Shown here in pieces: positions 39,668-50,365 of a stretch of DNA of 64,000 nucleotides; within the stretch, counting starts at the first letter, position 1, and every line of letters begins with the position of its first letter. The position numbers were made by a program, and so were the translations under genes. Below the pieces are notes generated by a model. That model had not been told where the DNA came from, did no database searches, and saw only the letters and a program-made list of their open reading frames with translations. Location: positions 2,370,778 to 2,434,777 of the forward strand of contig CBDBFB010000002.1 of NCBI GenBank assembly GCA_965204505.1, in the 5' to 3' direction. This stretch comes from an uncultured Candidatus Binatia bacterium. Its GTDB lineage: Bacteria > Desulfobacterota > Binatia > UBA9968 > JAJDTQ01.

Positions 39668-41653
39668 GTGCGCCGTGCAAGGCGCCATCCCTTAGCGGGT
39701 TGCGAGACCCGCCCGGCAACTGTCGCTCCAGCCGGTAGCAGTCGGAGCGGACGATGGAGGTAACGACATGGTTTGAAGCACTCCGATGAAACGGGCCGCC
39801 TTGGGCGGCTCAGCGACCATGCGGGCCGCAACGCGAGTGAACGCCGAGCAGGCCTCGAAACTGGCAACGCGGAAGCCGACCCGCCTCGAGTACGGGAAAG
39901 GCTGCCATCGGCCGGGAAGCGAGCGACACACGCACCGGCCGGTTCCGCCGGGGTATTGGCGGCGGCACGCATGGAAGAAGGGGATGGACGCAACACGGGA
40001 AGCCCCGGCGGTGGCGTAGCACGCGCCAACCGACAACCCGCGAGGGATGGGTCGGGCCGTTCGGGGTGGCGGAGAGGTCCGTAGTACCGCGGAAGCCGGG
40101 TAATGCCGGTGGAGGGAAGGGGCCTTGGTTCGAGAGCAGCGTTTGGAAGGAGGAAGGGACATGGGGACTGGCGAGAGCCTATCCGACCCGGAAAAGGTCC
40201 GGAGACTCCAGACGGCGCTACATGCGAAAGCGAAGGAGGCCCCGGGCTTTCGGTTCTACTCACTGAGCGACAAGGTGTGGCGCGCCGACGTGATGGCGGT
40301 CGCCTGGCAGGAGGTCCGCCGCAATGGCGGAGCCGCCGGGGTGGACGGTCAGACGGTAGCGGACATCGAGGCGCAAGGCGTGGAGCGGTGGCTTGGGGAA
40401 CTGAGGCGGGACCTGAAGGCGGGAACCTATCGGCCCGAGGCGGTCCGGCAGGTTCTCATACCAAAGAAGCAGCGTGGGAAGTTGCGGCCCCTGGGCATTC
40501 CCTGCATACGGGACAGGGTGGCGCAGACGGCGGCGATGCTAGTGCTGTCGCCGATCTTCGAGGCCGACCTGCAACCGGAACAGTATGCCTACAGGCTGGG
40601 CCGGAGCGCGAATGATGCTGTCAGGCGCGTACACCGGCTGTTGAACACGGGCCACCGCGAGGTGGTGGACGCGGATCTAACGGACTACTTCGGCCAGATT
40701 CCGCACGCCGAACTGCTCAAGTCCGTCGCCCGGCGCGTGAGCGACGGGCGGATGCTGGGCTGGGTTAAGGCGTGGCTTGAGATGGCGGTCGAAGAAGACG
40801 ACGGCAAGGGCGGCAAACGCCGTACGAACCGGGCGCGTCGCGAGAGGAAGGGAACCCCTCAAGGTTCTCCGATCTCCCCGTTGCTCTCCAACATCTACAT
40901 GCGCCGCTTCATACTGGGCTGGAAGGTGCTGGGCCATGCCCGGCGCTTCAAGGCGGAAGTCGTCAACTATGCCGACGACCTGGTTGTGCTCGGCAAATCG
41001 TCGTCAGCGGAAATGCTGGCGGTGGTCGAGAACCTGATGGAACGGCTGAAACTGACGGTCAATGCCGAGAAGACCCGATGCTGCCGGGCGCCGGAGGACT
41101 CGTTTGAGTTCCTTGGCTATCGGATTGGACGCAACTACCGCCCGCACGGGAAGGGGAGCTACATCGGCACCCGGCCCAGCAAGGCGAGCGTCCAGAGCAT
41201 CTGCCGCAGGATTAGCGAACTAACGGAACCCCGCTATGGGCTCCTGGACCAGGAGGTCGTGGCCGAACGGCTCAATCGACTGATGCTCGGGTGGTCAAAG
41301 TACTTCATCCTGGGCCAGGTCGAGCCGGCCTATGCCGCGATCGACAGGCACGCTATCAAGCGGCTGCTCCAGTGGCGGCGTCGCAAGCACAAGGTGAGAG
41401 CCCGTAATTATGTGCAATACGGGTACGAGCAGCTCTGGACTGAGCACGGTCTCATCCGCCTTGCACCGCGAGCGACACGCTTTCCGTGGGCGAAGGCATG
41501 ATCTCGTCCGAGAGCCGTGTGCGGGAAAACCGCACGCACGGTTCGATGAGCGGGGACTGGAAACGCGGCCAAGGGAGCCGGACTGAGGCCCGGAGCGAAA
41601 GCGACGGACAAGCCACCGGACCCTAAAGCTGGCGCGCCAGTCCTCGACTCTAC
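39668..41653 (+). mobile_element. Group II intron (copy 3, 1986 bp) inserted antisense in the relaxase gene
   Basis: Sequence identical to copy 2. Flanks are ccctttcga| and |aatagctgg. Confidence 0.75.
40161..41501 (+). CDS. Group II intron reverse transcriptase/maturase
   Basis: Identical to 36372-37712. Confidence 0.85.
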   Translation: MGTGESLSDPEKVRRLQTALHAKAKEAPGFRFYSLSDKVWRADVMAVAWQEVRRNGGAAGVDGQTVADIEAQGVERWLGELRRDLKAGTYRPEAVRQVLIPKKQRGKLRPLGIPCIRDRVAQTAAMLVLSPIFEADLQPEQYAYRLGRSANDAVRRVHRLLNTGHREVVDADLTDYFGQIPHAELLKSVARRVSDGRMLGWVKAWLEMAVEEDDGKGGKRRTNRARRERKGTPQGSPISPLLSNIYMRRFILGWKVLGHARRFKAEVVNYADDLVVLGKSSSAEMLAVVENLMERLKLTVNAEKTRCCRAPEDSFEFLGYRIGRNYRPHGKGSYIGTRPSKASVQSICRRISELTEPRYGLLDQEVVAERLNRLMLGWSKYFILGQVEPAYAAIDRHAIKRLLQWRRRKHKVRARNYVQYGYEQLWTEHGLIRLAPRATRFPWAKA

Positions 41654-42272
41654 AATAGCTGGCGCCCTGCGACGGGGAGGCGATCTTGCCGATGGACGCT
41701 ACCATGGCGGACGCCTCCCGCGTGGTGCGTGTTTCGGTGGTTGTACGGTGTCCATGCCGCCCGCATACGCGCTTCCAGGGCCAGGAACAAGGTACGTGTG
41801 ACGCGACTATCAGCCGTGGCAGCGAATGGCTGCGATTGTCTTTGGCCGGGGGATGTCCCACCGAATTCACGGAACGGGACCGGTGTGCTTCCGCGCCCCT
41901 TGTGGCTGCTGTCAGCTGTTTCTCGGCACTTCAGGACGTGGACATTTTGGATCCGTGGAGGCTCCGTTTCCCCGCTCCCCGGCGGTTGCCGGGGAGCCCG
42001 CCTGCCATCCCTGTCCATTCGGCGACGGCCGGGGCTCCGCGCAAGAAGGGGGAGGGCGCGTGGACAACGAGGCTAACGAAATCCAGGGGCGTCTGGTCGG
42101 CCCAACGCCGGAGACAGCCCGGCATCGAAGGGCCGCGATGTCCGCGGCCGTTCGTGGCCGATAGGAAGTGACCGAGGCGGAGGAAGAACTGCCCAGGACA
42201 ATCGGCAACCAAGCGGCCAGACCCCGCTTCATAAGGGAATTATAGCGGATAGTCACACTCAACCCCCGCCCC

Positions 42273-42527
42273 CTAATTGATACCCGGCGGCTGGCGAAAG
42301 AGCCGTACAAACGCCAGCAGGATAAGGCCGACCGCGAGCCATAGCGTAACGGCAAGGAGGCCCTGTCCTAGGGTGAAACCGCCAACGGCGATCTCGCATC
42401 CTCCCCCAACCGCTACCGCTACCGATGCGAGAACGCTCACGACAAACGCCAGGAACACATAGGCCATGGGGTCGCCCGGCTTTAGAACAACATGCATTAC
42501 CTTTTCTAGTGCGGCGATCTTCATCAC
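42273..42527 (-). CDS. Small hypothetical membrane protein
   Basis: 84 aa with two hydrophobic helices (AYVFLAFVVSVLASVAVAV, LLAVTLWLAVGLILLAFV). Confidence 0.3.
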   Translation of the reverse strand: MMKIAALEKVMHVVLKPGDPMAYVFLAFVVSVLASVAVAVGGGCEIAVGGFTLGQGLLAVTLWLAVGLILLAFVRLFRQPPGIN

Positions 42528-42939
42528 GGTTTCCCCCTCTTGACTTCACGTGCTGTTTTCTAATGTCCTCGGGTCATGGACCAGTTGAAGGAGGGTGAGC
42601 TCAATATAGGGGCTCGGCTACGTATTCCTGAAAGCTCGTCAAGTAAGGATGCCGCTTGGGCAGTGGTCAAAGATACCATTCGCCTTCTCCGGAAAGGTCG
42701 CCTTGAATTGGCATCGACCCGCGAGATTCAAGGCAAAGCCCTAACACTCGACGACCTTCCCCGTCTATTTGCCAAGACCGGGGAGCTACCCCAGCCCGGA
42801 TACAGGCTCTTCTATTCTTCTATTCAGCGGGCGGCCCGACGAAGCGGGCTCCGCATGGCGATAGCGGGATCAGCGTGTGGTTACTTCGCGGCAGAGTCAA
42901 GCCGTGATAGTGTGCCGGAAGCGACAAGGAGATAACGTG

Positions 42940-43242
42940 ATGAACAAGATGAGAACCCTCGCGTTCTGCATGCAAGTTGTGGGAGCGGTTTGCCTCCTGG
43001 CCATTGCGGCGGGAGCGGGCAAGCTGCTCTGGATCCAATACTGGAAATCCGTGGTGGTAGTTGGGCCGCTCCCACCCTCAATGGCCACAGTCGCAACGCA
43101 CCTTGGCGTGATAGTTGTCGCAGGCACGATCGGCCTTTTGCTGGCTGTCAGGGCAGTGCGGAGCGTTGACCGAGAGGATCTGCGCGCACTGGTAATTGCC
43201 ATGCAGATTGCAGCAGGGTTGCTGGGCGGCTTCGGTGTTTGA
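42940..43242 (+). CDS. Small hypothetical membrane protein
   Basis: MNKMRTLAFCMQVVGAVCLLAIAAGAGKLLWIQYW...HLGVIVVAGTIGLLLAV...AGLLGGFGV contains three predicted TM helices. Confidence 0.3.
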   Translation: MNKMRTLAFCMQVVGAVCLLAIAAGAGKLLWIQYWKSVVVVGPLPPSMATVATHLGVIVVAGTIGLLLAVRAVRSVDREDLRALVIAMQIAAGLLGGFGV

Positions 43243-44107
43243 AGTGGCCTCGGTTGGATCGAAGGAAAAATGACCATGCCAAACCCCCGGCGGTTGTCCG
43301 GCTGAAGCGGCCGAGCCACAAGCCGACGAAAGCGGTCGCGGAGGCGCTGCTGGCGGGCGGTTCGGATCTGTGCATCCGCGATGCCAAGAGTTACATTCCC
43401 TACTAGATCGCCGAGGAAGGCGGCATTATCCACCGCGCGCTCGACCGCGCGGGCGGCTACGAGCGGGCATGCGACAAAAGGGGGGAGACAGTCGCGGCCG
43501 GTCAGGCGCTTGAAGCGGCAGTCAAGAGCGCAGGCCGAGAGATGCAGGCAGCAGGAGCCCGCTTGGAAGCGTCCAGAAAAGCGTATCAAGCTCTTTCGGA
43601 AGATTACAAGAACCTCAAGATGCAGATATTCGGAGCAATCTTGGGGTCAGACGCTCGACGGATACATCGAGATGTTCTCAGGGTGGCGTGTGAAGGTAGC
43701 TAACGGCCGTCAGGCCGTCCATAAGGATTCGACTTACAGCCGCGATGTCGGGGAAGATTGCAGGGATGCTTTGCCAGGCGAAGCCGCCGTGGCGCTTGAA
43801 CGACGTCGGTGTCACAAGGCACGAGCCAGCGGATGCCGTGCAGCCGTGTGAAGCGCTCCAGACTTCAGACACACACCACGAGTCTCGTGATGGTCGGCAA
43901 GGGATGGCTGCGCCGTGATCGGCTTGGCGCGGGATGAAGTGTCGTGTGCGATGACGACTGAGGCGGCAGCGATGTCGGGGCCGGCGAGGAGACGCCTGCG
44001 GCGGGCGACGCGTCACCGTTGCGCCTCAGTCTGGTTCTTGCAATCTGTGAACCCTTCAACTATCGGTCGGTTGAGGGCATTGCAACAATCGATCTGGAGG
44101 CTCGCCC

Positions 44108-45088
44108 ATGCTCGATTATGCGTTCCCGTCACCGACGTTTCGTGACGCAATCGTTGGCGGCCGCCGCCGGGCATCCGTGCAGTACTTGCTGGTTGCCGTG
44201 ACCGGGGCTGCGCTGCTCCTGGCCGCGCTCCCCGCCCACGCACAGGATGCGCACGGCGCCATCGCCTTCGGCGAAACCGCCTACGGGGAATTCGTCACCA
44301 TCGGCTTCTCCTGGAACCGCGGTACGAGGGGGGAAGCGAAGGAAGCCGCCCTGAGCGAATGCCGTGCAGGCGGCGGCACGAACTGCGTGGAGCTTGCCTG
44401 GTTCAAGAACGGTTGCGGCGCCCTTGCGGTGGGCCAGTACGGGGTGGCCCAGGGCAAGAGCGCGATATCGCAGGAGCGGGCGGAGGCGCGCGCCTTGCAA
44501 GGCTGCAAGAATGCGGGGGGATCGGGCTGCTCCGTTGTGGTTTCCCAATGTGCCAGCCCGGGTGGACAGGCAGGCGGCTGGTCCGGCAGCGAGCGTGTCC
44601 TCGCTCGGCCGGAAGAGAAGCCCGAAGAGAGCGCCGGCGCGGAGCGGCCGGTGCAGGCCGGCGCCGGGACGGAAGCGGTACTGACCGAGTGCCTCGACCT
44701 TACCGGGGCGAGCTACCACTGTCAGGCCCCGAAGGCGGACATGCACGATATTGAAGTCAGTTTCGCCCAGGGCGCGGGGCAAGTCACGGTTCACAGCAGG
44801 ATACAGGGACGAGAACGATCTACAACCAATATTGTCGATGGAAAATTTCGCCACGTCGACCAGGATGTTTATCAGGCCCTCCATTGCGATCCGCGACGGT
44901 TAAGGAGGGTAACGGCAAGGGGGCACCCATCGCCGAACCGGCCAAGGAACGGCCTGGTCATGGATTACCGCCTCGACAAAGCGGGCAACCTGATCTTCAC
45001 GGTAAACAAGGGAAGGCTTCCCAGGGACGATATCGAAAGCGTGATCGTCGGGGAGAATCTGACGACGAGGACTTGTCAGAGGAAGTGA
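44108..45088 (+). CDS. Secreted DUF4189-domain protein (two Cys-containing DUF4189 repeats)
   Basis: Signal peptide LLVAVTGAALLLAALPAHAQDA. Repeats GAIAFGETAYGEFVTIGFSWNRGTRGEAKEAALSECRAGGGTNCVELAWFKNGCGALAV and ...AEARALQGCKNAGGSGCSVVVSQC. Confidence 0.55.
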   Translation: MLDYAFPSPTFRDAIVGGRRRASVQYLLVAVTGAALLLAALPAHAQDAHGAIAFGETAYGEFVTIGFSWNRGTRGEAKEAALSECRAGGGTNCVELAWFKNGCGALAVGQYGVAQGKSAISQERAEARALQGCKNAGGSGCSVVVSQCASPGGQAGGWSGSERVLARPEEKPEESAGAERPVQAGAGTEAVLTECLDLTGASYHCQAPKADMHDIEVSFAQGAGQVTVHSRIQGRERSTTNIVDGKFRHVDQDVYQALHCDPRRLRRVTARGHPSPNRPRNGLVMDYRLDKAGNLIFTVNKGRLPRDDIESVIVGENLTTRTCQRK

Positions 45089-45286
45089 AGGTGAGGGCAG
45101 GTGGCCACGCCCTCCCTACGTGAGCGGCCCCTCGGCGCGTACTACCCGAAAACCGGTACTCGCTGCCAGATGTTCGCTGTACGTACCCGAAGCGCAACCT
45201 CGTAACTCTGGGTGTAGCCGGCTTTAAGGCCCTTGACCTGGCGACAGGGCGAGTTGCCGCGTTACGGGATGAGATCAACAGACACG

Positions 45287-45358
45287 GTAAGCTCAACATT
45301 CATCAGGGCTTCGATGCGGTCAGCCACGCGTTGAGCGGGCTCCCGGAGCTGCTCGACA
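45287..45358. repeat. About 70-bp remnant of a tyrosine-integrase 3' end; direct repeat of 52392-52459
   Basis: The minus strand reads ...VEQLREPAQRVADRIEALMNVELTVSVDLIP*. The 49-nt core ttcgatgcggtc.gc.a..cgttgagcgggctcccggagctgctcgac is shared with the integrase 3' end at 52411-52459. Confidence 0.7.
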
Positions 45359-45783
45359 CGGGCTTGCAGAGCTATTCCTCGGAAAAGGGTGAAGCCGAGA
45401 CCCCTGAATACATCGTCTTCAACGGTCACGCGCAGTCGCTCGTGAAGAACCAGCTCAAGGCCAACGTGGGCGAGACGGTGCGGCTCTACGTGGGCAACAT
45501 CGGGCCCAACAAGATCTCGTCCTTCCACGTCATCGGCGAGATCTTCGACGCGGTGTACCGGGAAGGGTCCATTGGCAATCCGGAGAAGAACATCCAGACG
45601 ACCCTCATTCCCAGCGGCTCCGCCTCCATCGTGGAGTTCAAGGTGGACGTGCCGGGCACCTACTCGCTGGTGGACCACGCCATCTTCCGTATCCTCCGGG
45701 GCGCCGCGGGCGTGCTCGCCGTGGCTGGGGACGAGCAGCCTGACATCTACGCCGTCAAGCAGGCAGGGTCCGGGGCAAAGTAG
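45359..45783 (+). pseudogene. Cupredoxin-domain fragment resembling the C-terminal domain of copper nitrite reductase (NirK)/multicopper oxidase. The N-terminal two-thirds is missing
   Basis: EYIVFNGHAQSL...VGETVRLYVGNIGPNKISSFHVIGEIFDAVY...IQTTLIPSGSASIVEFKVDVPGTYSLVDHAIFRILRGAAGVLAVAG follows the NirK C-domain pattern (VFNG...H.IGG...T..IPgG.A....F..PG.Y..V.H....A...GA.G...V.G). It abuts the integrase remnant with no plausible start. Confidence 0.45.
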
Positions 45784-46460
45784 CTACAACCCAACCGCCG
45801 TGGCCTTCACGGCCGCGGTGTCGCTGGATCGACGGAACGGCGTCGGCGGGTTCGAGGTTGAACCGGTCGGTGCCGTTTTTCGTCCTCCGAAGGGAGGGTT
45901 TGTGTGTCGGTCCGTCCAGGGCTATGTCATTGGCCGCCGTTGAGCAATCCTAACGCATGCTGAAACCCATGAAAGGACTCCTTGGCGCATTCTGCGCCGG
46001 ACCGGCGCTTTTCATCTGTTTGCACCGGTACACGACTGACATACGGCCGTGTTACGGAGAGAACACGCCTTTTCCATGGTCATGCGGACAGGACGCTAGC
46101 TAGCCGCGCGGGCAGTTGTGGAATCTCCCGAGTTGCGGTGTTGTGATCGCCATCCAAGGCGCGTCACCCTTTCCACCACACGTGCGCGTCATATCCCTTG
46201 ACAATCAGGCGCACCCCGTCCTAACGTCTTCCTTGCGATCAACTACGCGGAGCCCGTGTGTCGGGTCATCCGCCGAATACAAGAACCCTCGCACGGGCAC
46301 GGGGTAGCTCCCTGTGCCTTGGTGAATACGCGGAACCTCCACAACTCCGTTGTAGTTGGTCGCAGTGGCCCGGCAATCCTGCCGGGTCGTGGTGATCTAT
46401 TCGATGGTCCGGTGTTGAGAATTGCCCACGGGTCTATCGGTCCATCAAGAGAGGTTCGAG

Positions 46461-49400
46461 ATGATCAAGGTGCTGGTTTTCTTGATTCTCGCGGTCTTTG
46501 CCGCGTCGTGGGGAGCTGACGCGGAAGTATTCCGAGGAGATATAGACGTGATAACCGGCGGACAGACCAGGGGTACCGTACAGCCGTGGGACAGGCGTAC
46601 AACCCCAATCCCACAGAACACGGCCGACTGGTACCGCTTCACCCTGCGCGCTCCCCACAAGGTCAATTTTCACCTTACGGCAGTGGGGAGTCGTCCGTCT
46701 CTGTGCTTGTACAACGAGTCAGTGGGGAACTTGATACCTCATGCTGTCAACCTCCGGTGTTCGACCAGGTCATCGGTAGGAGTTGGAAATGGGCTTTCCC
46801 CTGATGGTCGTTTCCTGCCGGGCACATACTACGTCCGGATACGCGCGTCCGGAGGGAGAGCGGACTATCTCCTCACGTACGGCGTTGAGAGTCCGCGTGT
46901 ACACCTGTCGACAACGAGGCTGTCGCTGTCCGAAGGTGACGATGGCACCTACACCGTAAGACTCGGCTCGCGACCCGCAGGCACTGTCAGGGTGCAACTG
47001 GCAAGCGATAGGCCCGCCGTAACGGTCTCTCCGGCGACCCTGACCTTTACGACCGGCGACTGGGACAGGCCGCAAACGGTCACCGTACAAGCAGTGCAGG
47101 ACCCCGACGCCGACGACGAGACGGCGACCCTCAGCCATCGGGTGACGGGTTACGGCAGCGTGACCGACGGCGGCGCGGTGGTGGTTAACGTGAACGACAC
47201 GGACAGCGCGGGTCTCAGGTTCTCGACAAGGCGGCTCGACCTGGACGAGGGTGACACCGGCACCTACACGGCAAGGCTCGGTTCGCGACCCTCGGGCAAC
47301 GTCAGGGTGCAACTGGCAAGCGATAGGCCCGCCGTAACGGTCTCTCCGGCGACCCTGACCTTTACGACCGGCGACTGGGACAGGCCGCAAACGGTCACCA
47401 TACGAGCAGTGCCGGACCCCGACGCCGACGACGAAACGGCGACGCTCAGCCACCGGGTGACGGGTTACGGCAGCGTGACCGACGGCGGCGCGGTGGTGGT
47501 TAACGTGAACGACACGGGCACCGCAAGGCTGATACTCACGGGAAGGTCGATGCGCATAAACGAGGGCGACACCCGCACCTACAGGGCAAGGCTCGGTTCG
47601 CGACCTTCAGGTAACGTCACGGTGCAACTGGTCAGCGATAATCCCGCCGTGACGGTCTCGCCGCAGAGGCTGACCTTCACGACTGGCAACTGGAACAGTT
47701 GGCAAACGGTCACCGTACGAGCATTGCGGGACCGAGACGCCGACGACGAGACGGCGACCCTCAGGCACTGGATTACGGGTTACGGCAACGTAACCGACGG
47801 CGGCACAAAGACGGTCTACGTAAAAGATGCGGAGGCCGGAGGTCTGACGTTCTCGACGGCTTCGATTCGCATAAACGAGGGCGACACCGGGACCTACACG
47901 GTGAAGCTCAAAACGCAGCCCACGGGCAACGTCACGGTTCAATTGGCAAGCACTAATCCCGCCGTGACGGTCTCTCCGCAGAGGCTGACCTTCACGAGCG
48001 TCAACTGGGACAGGCCGCAAACGGTCACCGTGCGAACAGTGCGGGACGCCGACGCCGACGGCGCGCAGGTGAGTCTCAGCCACCGGGTGACCGGTTACGG
48101 TAGTGTGACAGACGGCGGCACAGTGACGGTCGGCGTAATAGATGCGGACACCGCAGGTCTGAGATTCGAACCGACGTCGATTCGCTTAAACGAGGGTGAC
48201 ACCGGGACCTACACGGTAAGGCTCGAGACGCAACCCAGCCGAAACGTCAAAGTGGCACCGGTGTTGAGGGGCGAGGCTTCGGAGTCCGTGACGATCACTC
48301 CGGCGGCGCTGACCTTCACGACCGCCAACTGGGACAGGGCGCAAACGTTCACCGTGCGCGCGGTGCCAGACGATACTCTTGGGGATGGTTATGAGACAAC
48401 GCTTTTCCTCCGCCATAGTGTGGACAGTGGCGACAGCAACTACGATGGCGACACGGGTGGACCGTCTGTCCAGATATCATATTCCGGTCTGCATCAGGGT
48501 ACGTCAGTGATCATCCAGACAATAAAAAATACGATACGTCGAGGCGTGAAGCGCGGCATCTTGAGCAGCCCGCAAAAGGTTATCGGCAGGGACCGTATCC
48601 ACATACCGACCATCCATACTGGGGTTCGTGGCTTCCGGAATGGCGGAGGCGCGACGCTCACGGTGGGCGGTCGACCGATAACGCACAGTGCAGCCACGTT
48701 GGCGCTAGCGTCGTCCGACGCCGGTTGGCGCTCGACGCCGGGCGCCGACCCTGAGGGCGAGTACTGGCGGTACCGGAGTCTGGGTGTTGACGAGTTGCTC
48801 CGGTCCAGCGCGTTCGAGTTGACTCTCGGCGCCACGGAGGACGAAACGCAAAACGGCCCGTTGTCGCAATTGACGCTGTGGGGCCAGGGCGATTTCCAGT
48901 TCTTCGATAGCAAGCCCAGTACAGGGTTGCGCTATGACGGCAACCTCAAGGCGGGATATCTCGGGGTCGAGACGCGGTTCGAGAAACGATGGCTCGCGGG
49001 CGCGGCGGTGTCTCGAACCAAGGTCGTCACCGACTACGCCCACCCGCAGCCCGACGGTGGCCACGAAGACGGTCAACTGGATTTGACCTTGACGACGGCC
49101 TATCCGTATCTGCGGTTTGTATCCGACCCACGGAGCGAGTTCTGGCTCCTCCTGGGCCTGGGCTGGGGCGAAGTCACAAACCAGCGCGTTGAAGCGTCAG
49201 CGCGTGAGAGCAGTAACGCCAGGACGTTCATGGTCGCCGGCGGCGCGCGCCGGGCGTTGACGACCAAAGGGGGCGTGGACGTGGCGCTTCTGGGTGATGC
49301 GGGATACGGGTATCTGAAGAGCAATTCCGGGCCGCAATTGATTGATGGCCTCTCAATCGGCTCGGGGCAGGTACGTCTGGGTGTCGAGGGTTCGTACACC

Positions 49401-49988
49401 GCCGCATTGGAAGCCGGCAGCAACTTGAAACCGTTCGTGGAGGTGGCGGGGCGCTACGACCGCGGCGACGACCATGACGTCGGCCTTGAGATTGTCGGCG
49501 GGGTGTCCTGGACGGATCCGGCCCTGCGCTTGGGCGTGGAGGCGCGCGGGCGGGTGATGGTGCTGCACTCGGCGGATAGCTATCGGGAGTATGGCGCGAG
49601 CGTAGCGGCCAAGGTGTCACCTGGGAGAGGCGGCGAGGGTCTGTCGCTGTCGTTATCGCCGCGTTTGGGCGCGGTGACCGACGGTGCCGACGCGCTGCGG
49701 CGCGACGATGCGTTCCGGCATGCGACCTCTTTCGGCGGCAATGCGGTGTCGCTCAACGCACGGGCGGGATACGGCATTCGGGATTGGCTGATCCGGGGCC
49801 TGCTGACACCGGTCGGGGAACTCGATCTCCAGGAATCAGGTAGCCGACGGGTGCGCATGGGATTGCGCTTCGAACGGCCGGCCTCAGGTCTGGGCGCCCT
49901 GAGGCTGGAATTTTCCGGCGAACGACGCAAGACCGGCGACAGTGCTCCCGAACACCGCATGGACCTGACCGGCCGGTTGCGGTTCTGA
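46461..49988 (+). CDS. Autotransporter-like surface protein with six tandem Calx-beta-like repeats of about 100 aa and a C-terminal beta-barrel
   Basis: MIKVLVFLILAVFAASWGADA is the signal peptide. Repeats ...VRVQLASDRPAVTVSPATLTFTTGDWDRPQTVT.QAV.DPDADDETATLSHRVTGYGSVTDGG occur six times. The C-terminus ...HRMDLTGRLRF ends in Phe, a barrel-terminal residue. SD agagagg. Confidence 0.7.
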   Translation: MIKVLVFLILAVFAASWGADAEVFRGDIDVITGGQTRGTVQPWDRRTTPIPQNTADWYRFTLRAPHKVNFHLTAVGSRPSLCLYNESVGNLIPHAVNLRCSTRSSVGVGNGLSPDGRFLPGTYYVRIRASGGRADYLLTYGVESPRVHLSTTRLSLSEGDDGTYTVRLGSRPAGTVRVQLASDRPAVTVSPATLTFTTGDWDRPQTVTVQAVQDPDADDETATLSHRVTGYGSVTDGGAVVVNVNDTDSAGLRFSTRRLDLDEGDTGTYTARLGSRPSGNVRVQLASDRPAVTVSPATLTFTTGDWDRPQTVTIRAVPDPDADDETATLSHRVTGYGSVTDGGAVVVNVNDTGTARLILTGRSMRINEGDTRTYRARLGSRPSGNVTVQLVSDNPAVTVSPQRLTFTTGNWNSWQTVTVRALRDRDADDETATLRHWITGYGNVTDGGTKTVYVKDAEAGGLTFSTASIRINEGDTGTYTVKLKTQPTGNVTVQLASTNPAVTVSPQRLTFTSVNWDRPQTVTVRTVRDADADGAQVSLSHRVTGYGSVTDGGTVTVGVIDADTAGLRFEPTSIRLNEGDTGTYTVRLETQPSRNVKVAPVLRGEASESVTITPAALTFTTANWDRAQTFTVRAVPDDTLGDGYETTLFLRHSVDSGDSNYDGDTGGPSVQISYSGLHQGTSVIIQTIKNTIRRGVKRGILSSPQKVIGRDRIHIPTIHTGVRGFRNGGGATLTVGGRPITHSAATLALASSDAGWRSTPGADPEGEYWRYRSLGVDELLRSSAFELTLGATEDETQNGPLSQLTLWGQGDFQFFDSKPSTGLRYDGNLKAGYLGVETRFEKRWLAGAAVSRTKVVTDYAHPQPDGGHEDGQLDLTLTTAYPYLRFVSDPRSEFWLLLGLGWGEVTNQRVEASARESSNARTFMVAGGARRALTTKGGVDVALLGDAGYGYLKSNSGPQLIDGLSIGSGQVRLGVEGSYTAALEAGSNLKPFVEVAGRYDRGDDHDVGLEIVGGVSWTDPALRLGVEARGRVMVLHSADSYREYGASVAAKVSPGRGGEGLSLSLSPRLGAVTDGADALRRDDAFRHATSFGGNAVSLNARAGYGIRDWLIRGLLTPVGELDLQESGSRRVRMGLRFERPASGLGALRLEFSGERRKTGDSAPEHRMDLTGRLRF

Positions 49989-50182
49989 CTGGGGTGCCTC
50001 TGGGGGTCAGGGAAAGAAGGTTAGAAGCAAGGTTAGAAGCGTGTATAGAAATCCCCAACTCTATCATGCATCTCATCGACGGCATTCGGATCCAAACCGA
50101 CATCGTGAGGTCGATTTCTGGGACTGGTGTCGGGTTCATATTGTTTACTTGTAAGTGTTCCGAGAAGGTCCGAGAAGCCGTG

Positions 50183-50365
50183 ATGGCTCGGACCACAGAC
50201 TGGGCCCCGGACCAAGCGGCAATTATGATCGGCCATGTACTGGCGCGGGAACGCATTGACACGATTACTGTTCAGAAAAGACGTGGTCTGTGCCCGATCA
50301 GCGGGCGACGCGTGAGAATCGACGGTCGAGTCGCTGAGGAGAATCTCCATGAATGGCATGAATGA
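50183..50365 (+). CDS. Small HTH protein (AlpA/excisionase-like), overlapping the start of the SIR2-like gene by 17 nt
   Basis: MARTTDWAPDQAAIMIGHVLARERIDTITVQKRRGLCPISGRRVRIDGRVAEENL matches the pattern of MerR/AlpA-type HTH_17 regulators. Start chosen at 50183 within the longer ORF 49994-50365. Confidence 0.35.
   Translation: MARTTDWAPDQAAIMIGHVLARERIDTITVQKRRGLCPISGRRVRIDGRVAEENLHEWHE

Larger units (their letters stand above)
34680..41708 (-). pseudogene. traA: MobF/TrwC-TraA-type conjugative relaxase-helicase gene. It is split into three exons by two antisense group II intron insertions
   Basis: Exon 1 (41708-41654) encodes MVASIGKIASPSQGASY. Exon 2 (39667-37865) encodes FERDGYYGKDDPAHKEASAWAGRGAEELGLSG...SAPKSVSLMALVGGD...DPQLHTHAVVANM...GYAGTGKTTML...LKEAVRAGLAGEVKTA. 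Exon 3 (35878-34680) encodes FEKLGDRVVQ...TVHAFQGRTVDHIVAAM...YVAISRARDHAELVTDD plus an acidic tail. The frame is continuous once both introns are removed. Confidence 0.75.

Noticed and set aside
43381-43851. 156-aa ORF and neighbouring fragments with an ankyrin-like stretch (VAEALLAGGSDLCIRDAKSYIPY)
   Set aside because: Only a fragment of one repeat in a different frame from the ORF. It is probably a relic and is not callable as a gene.
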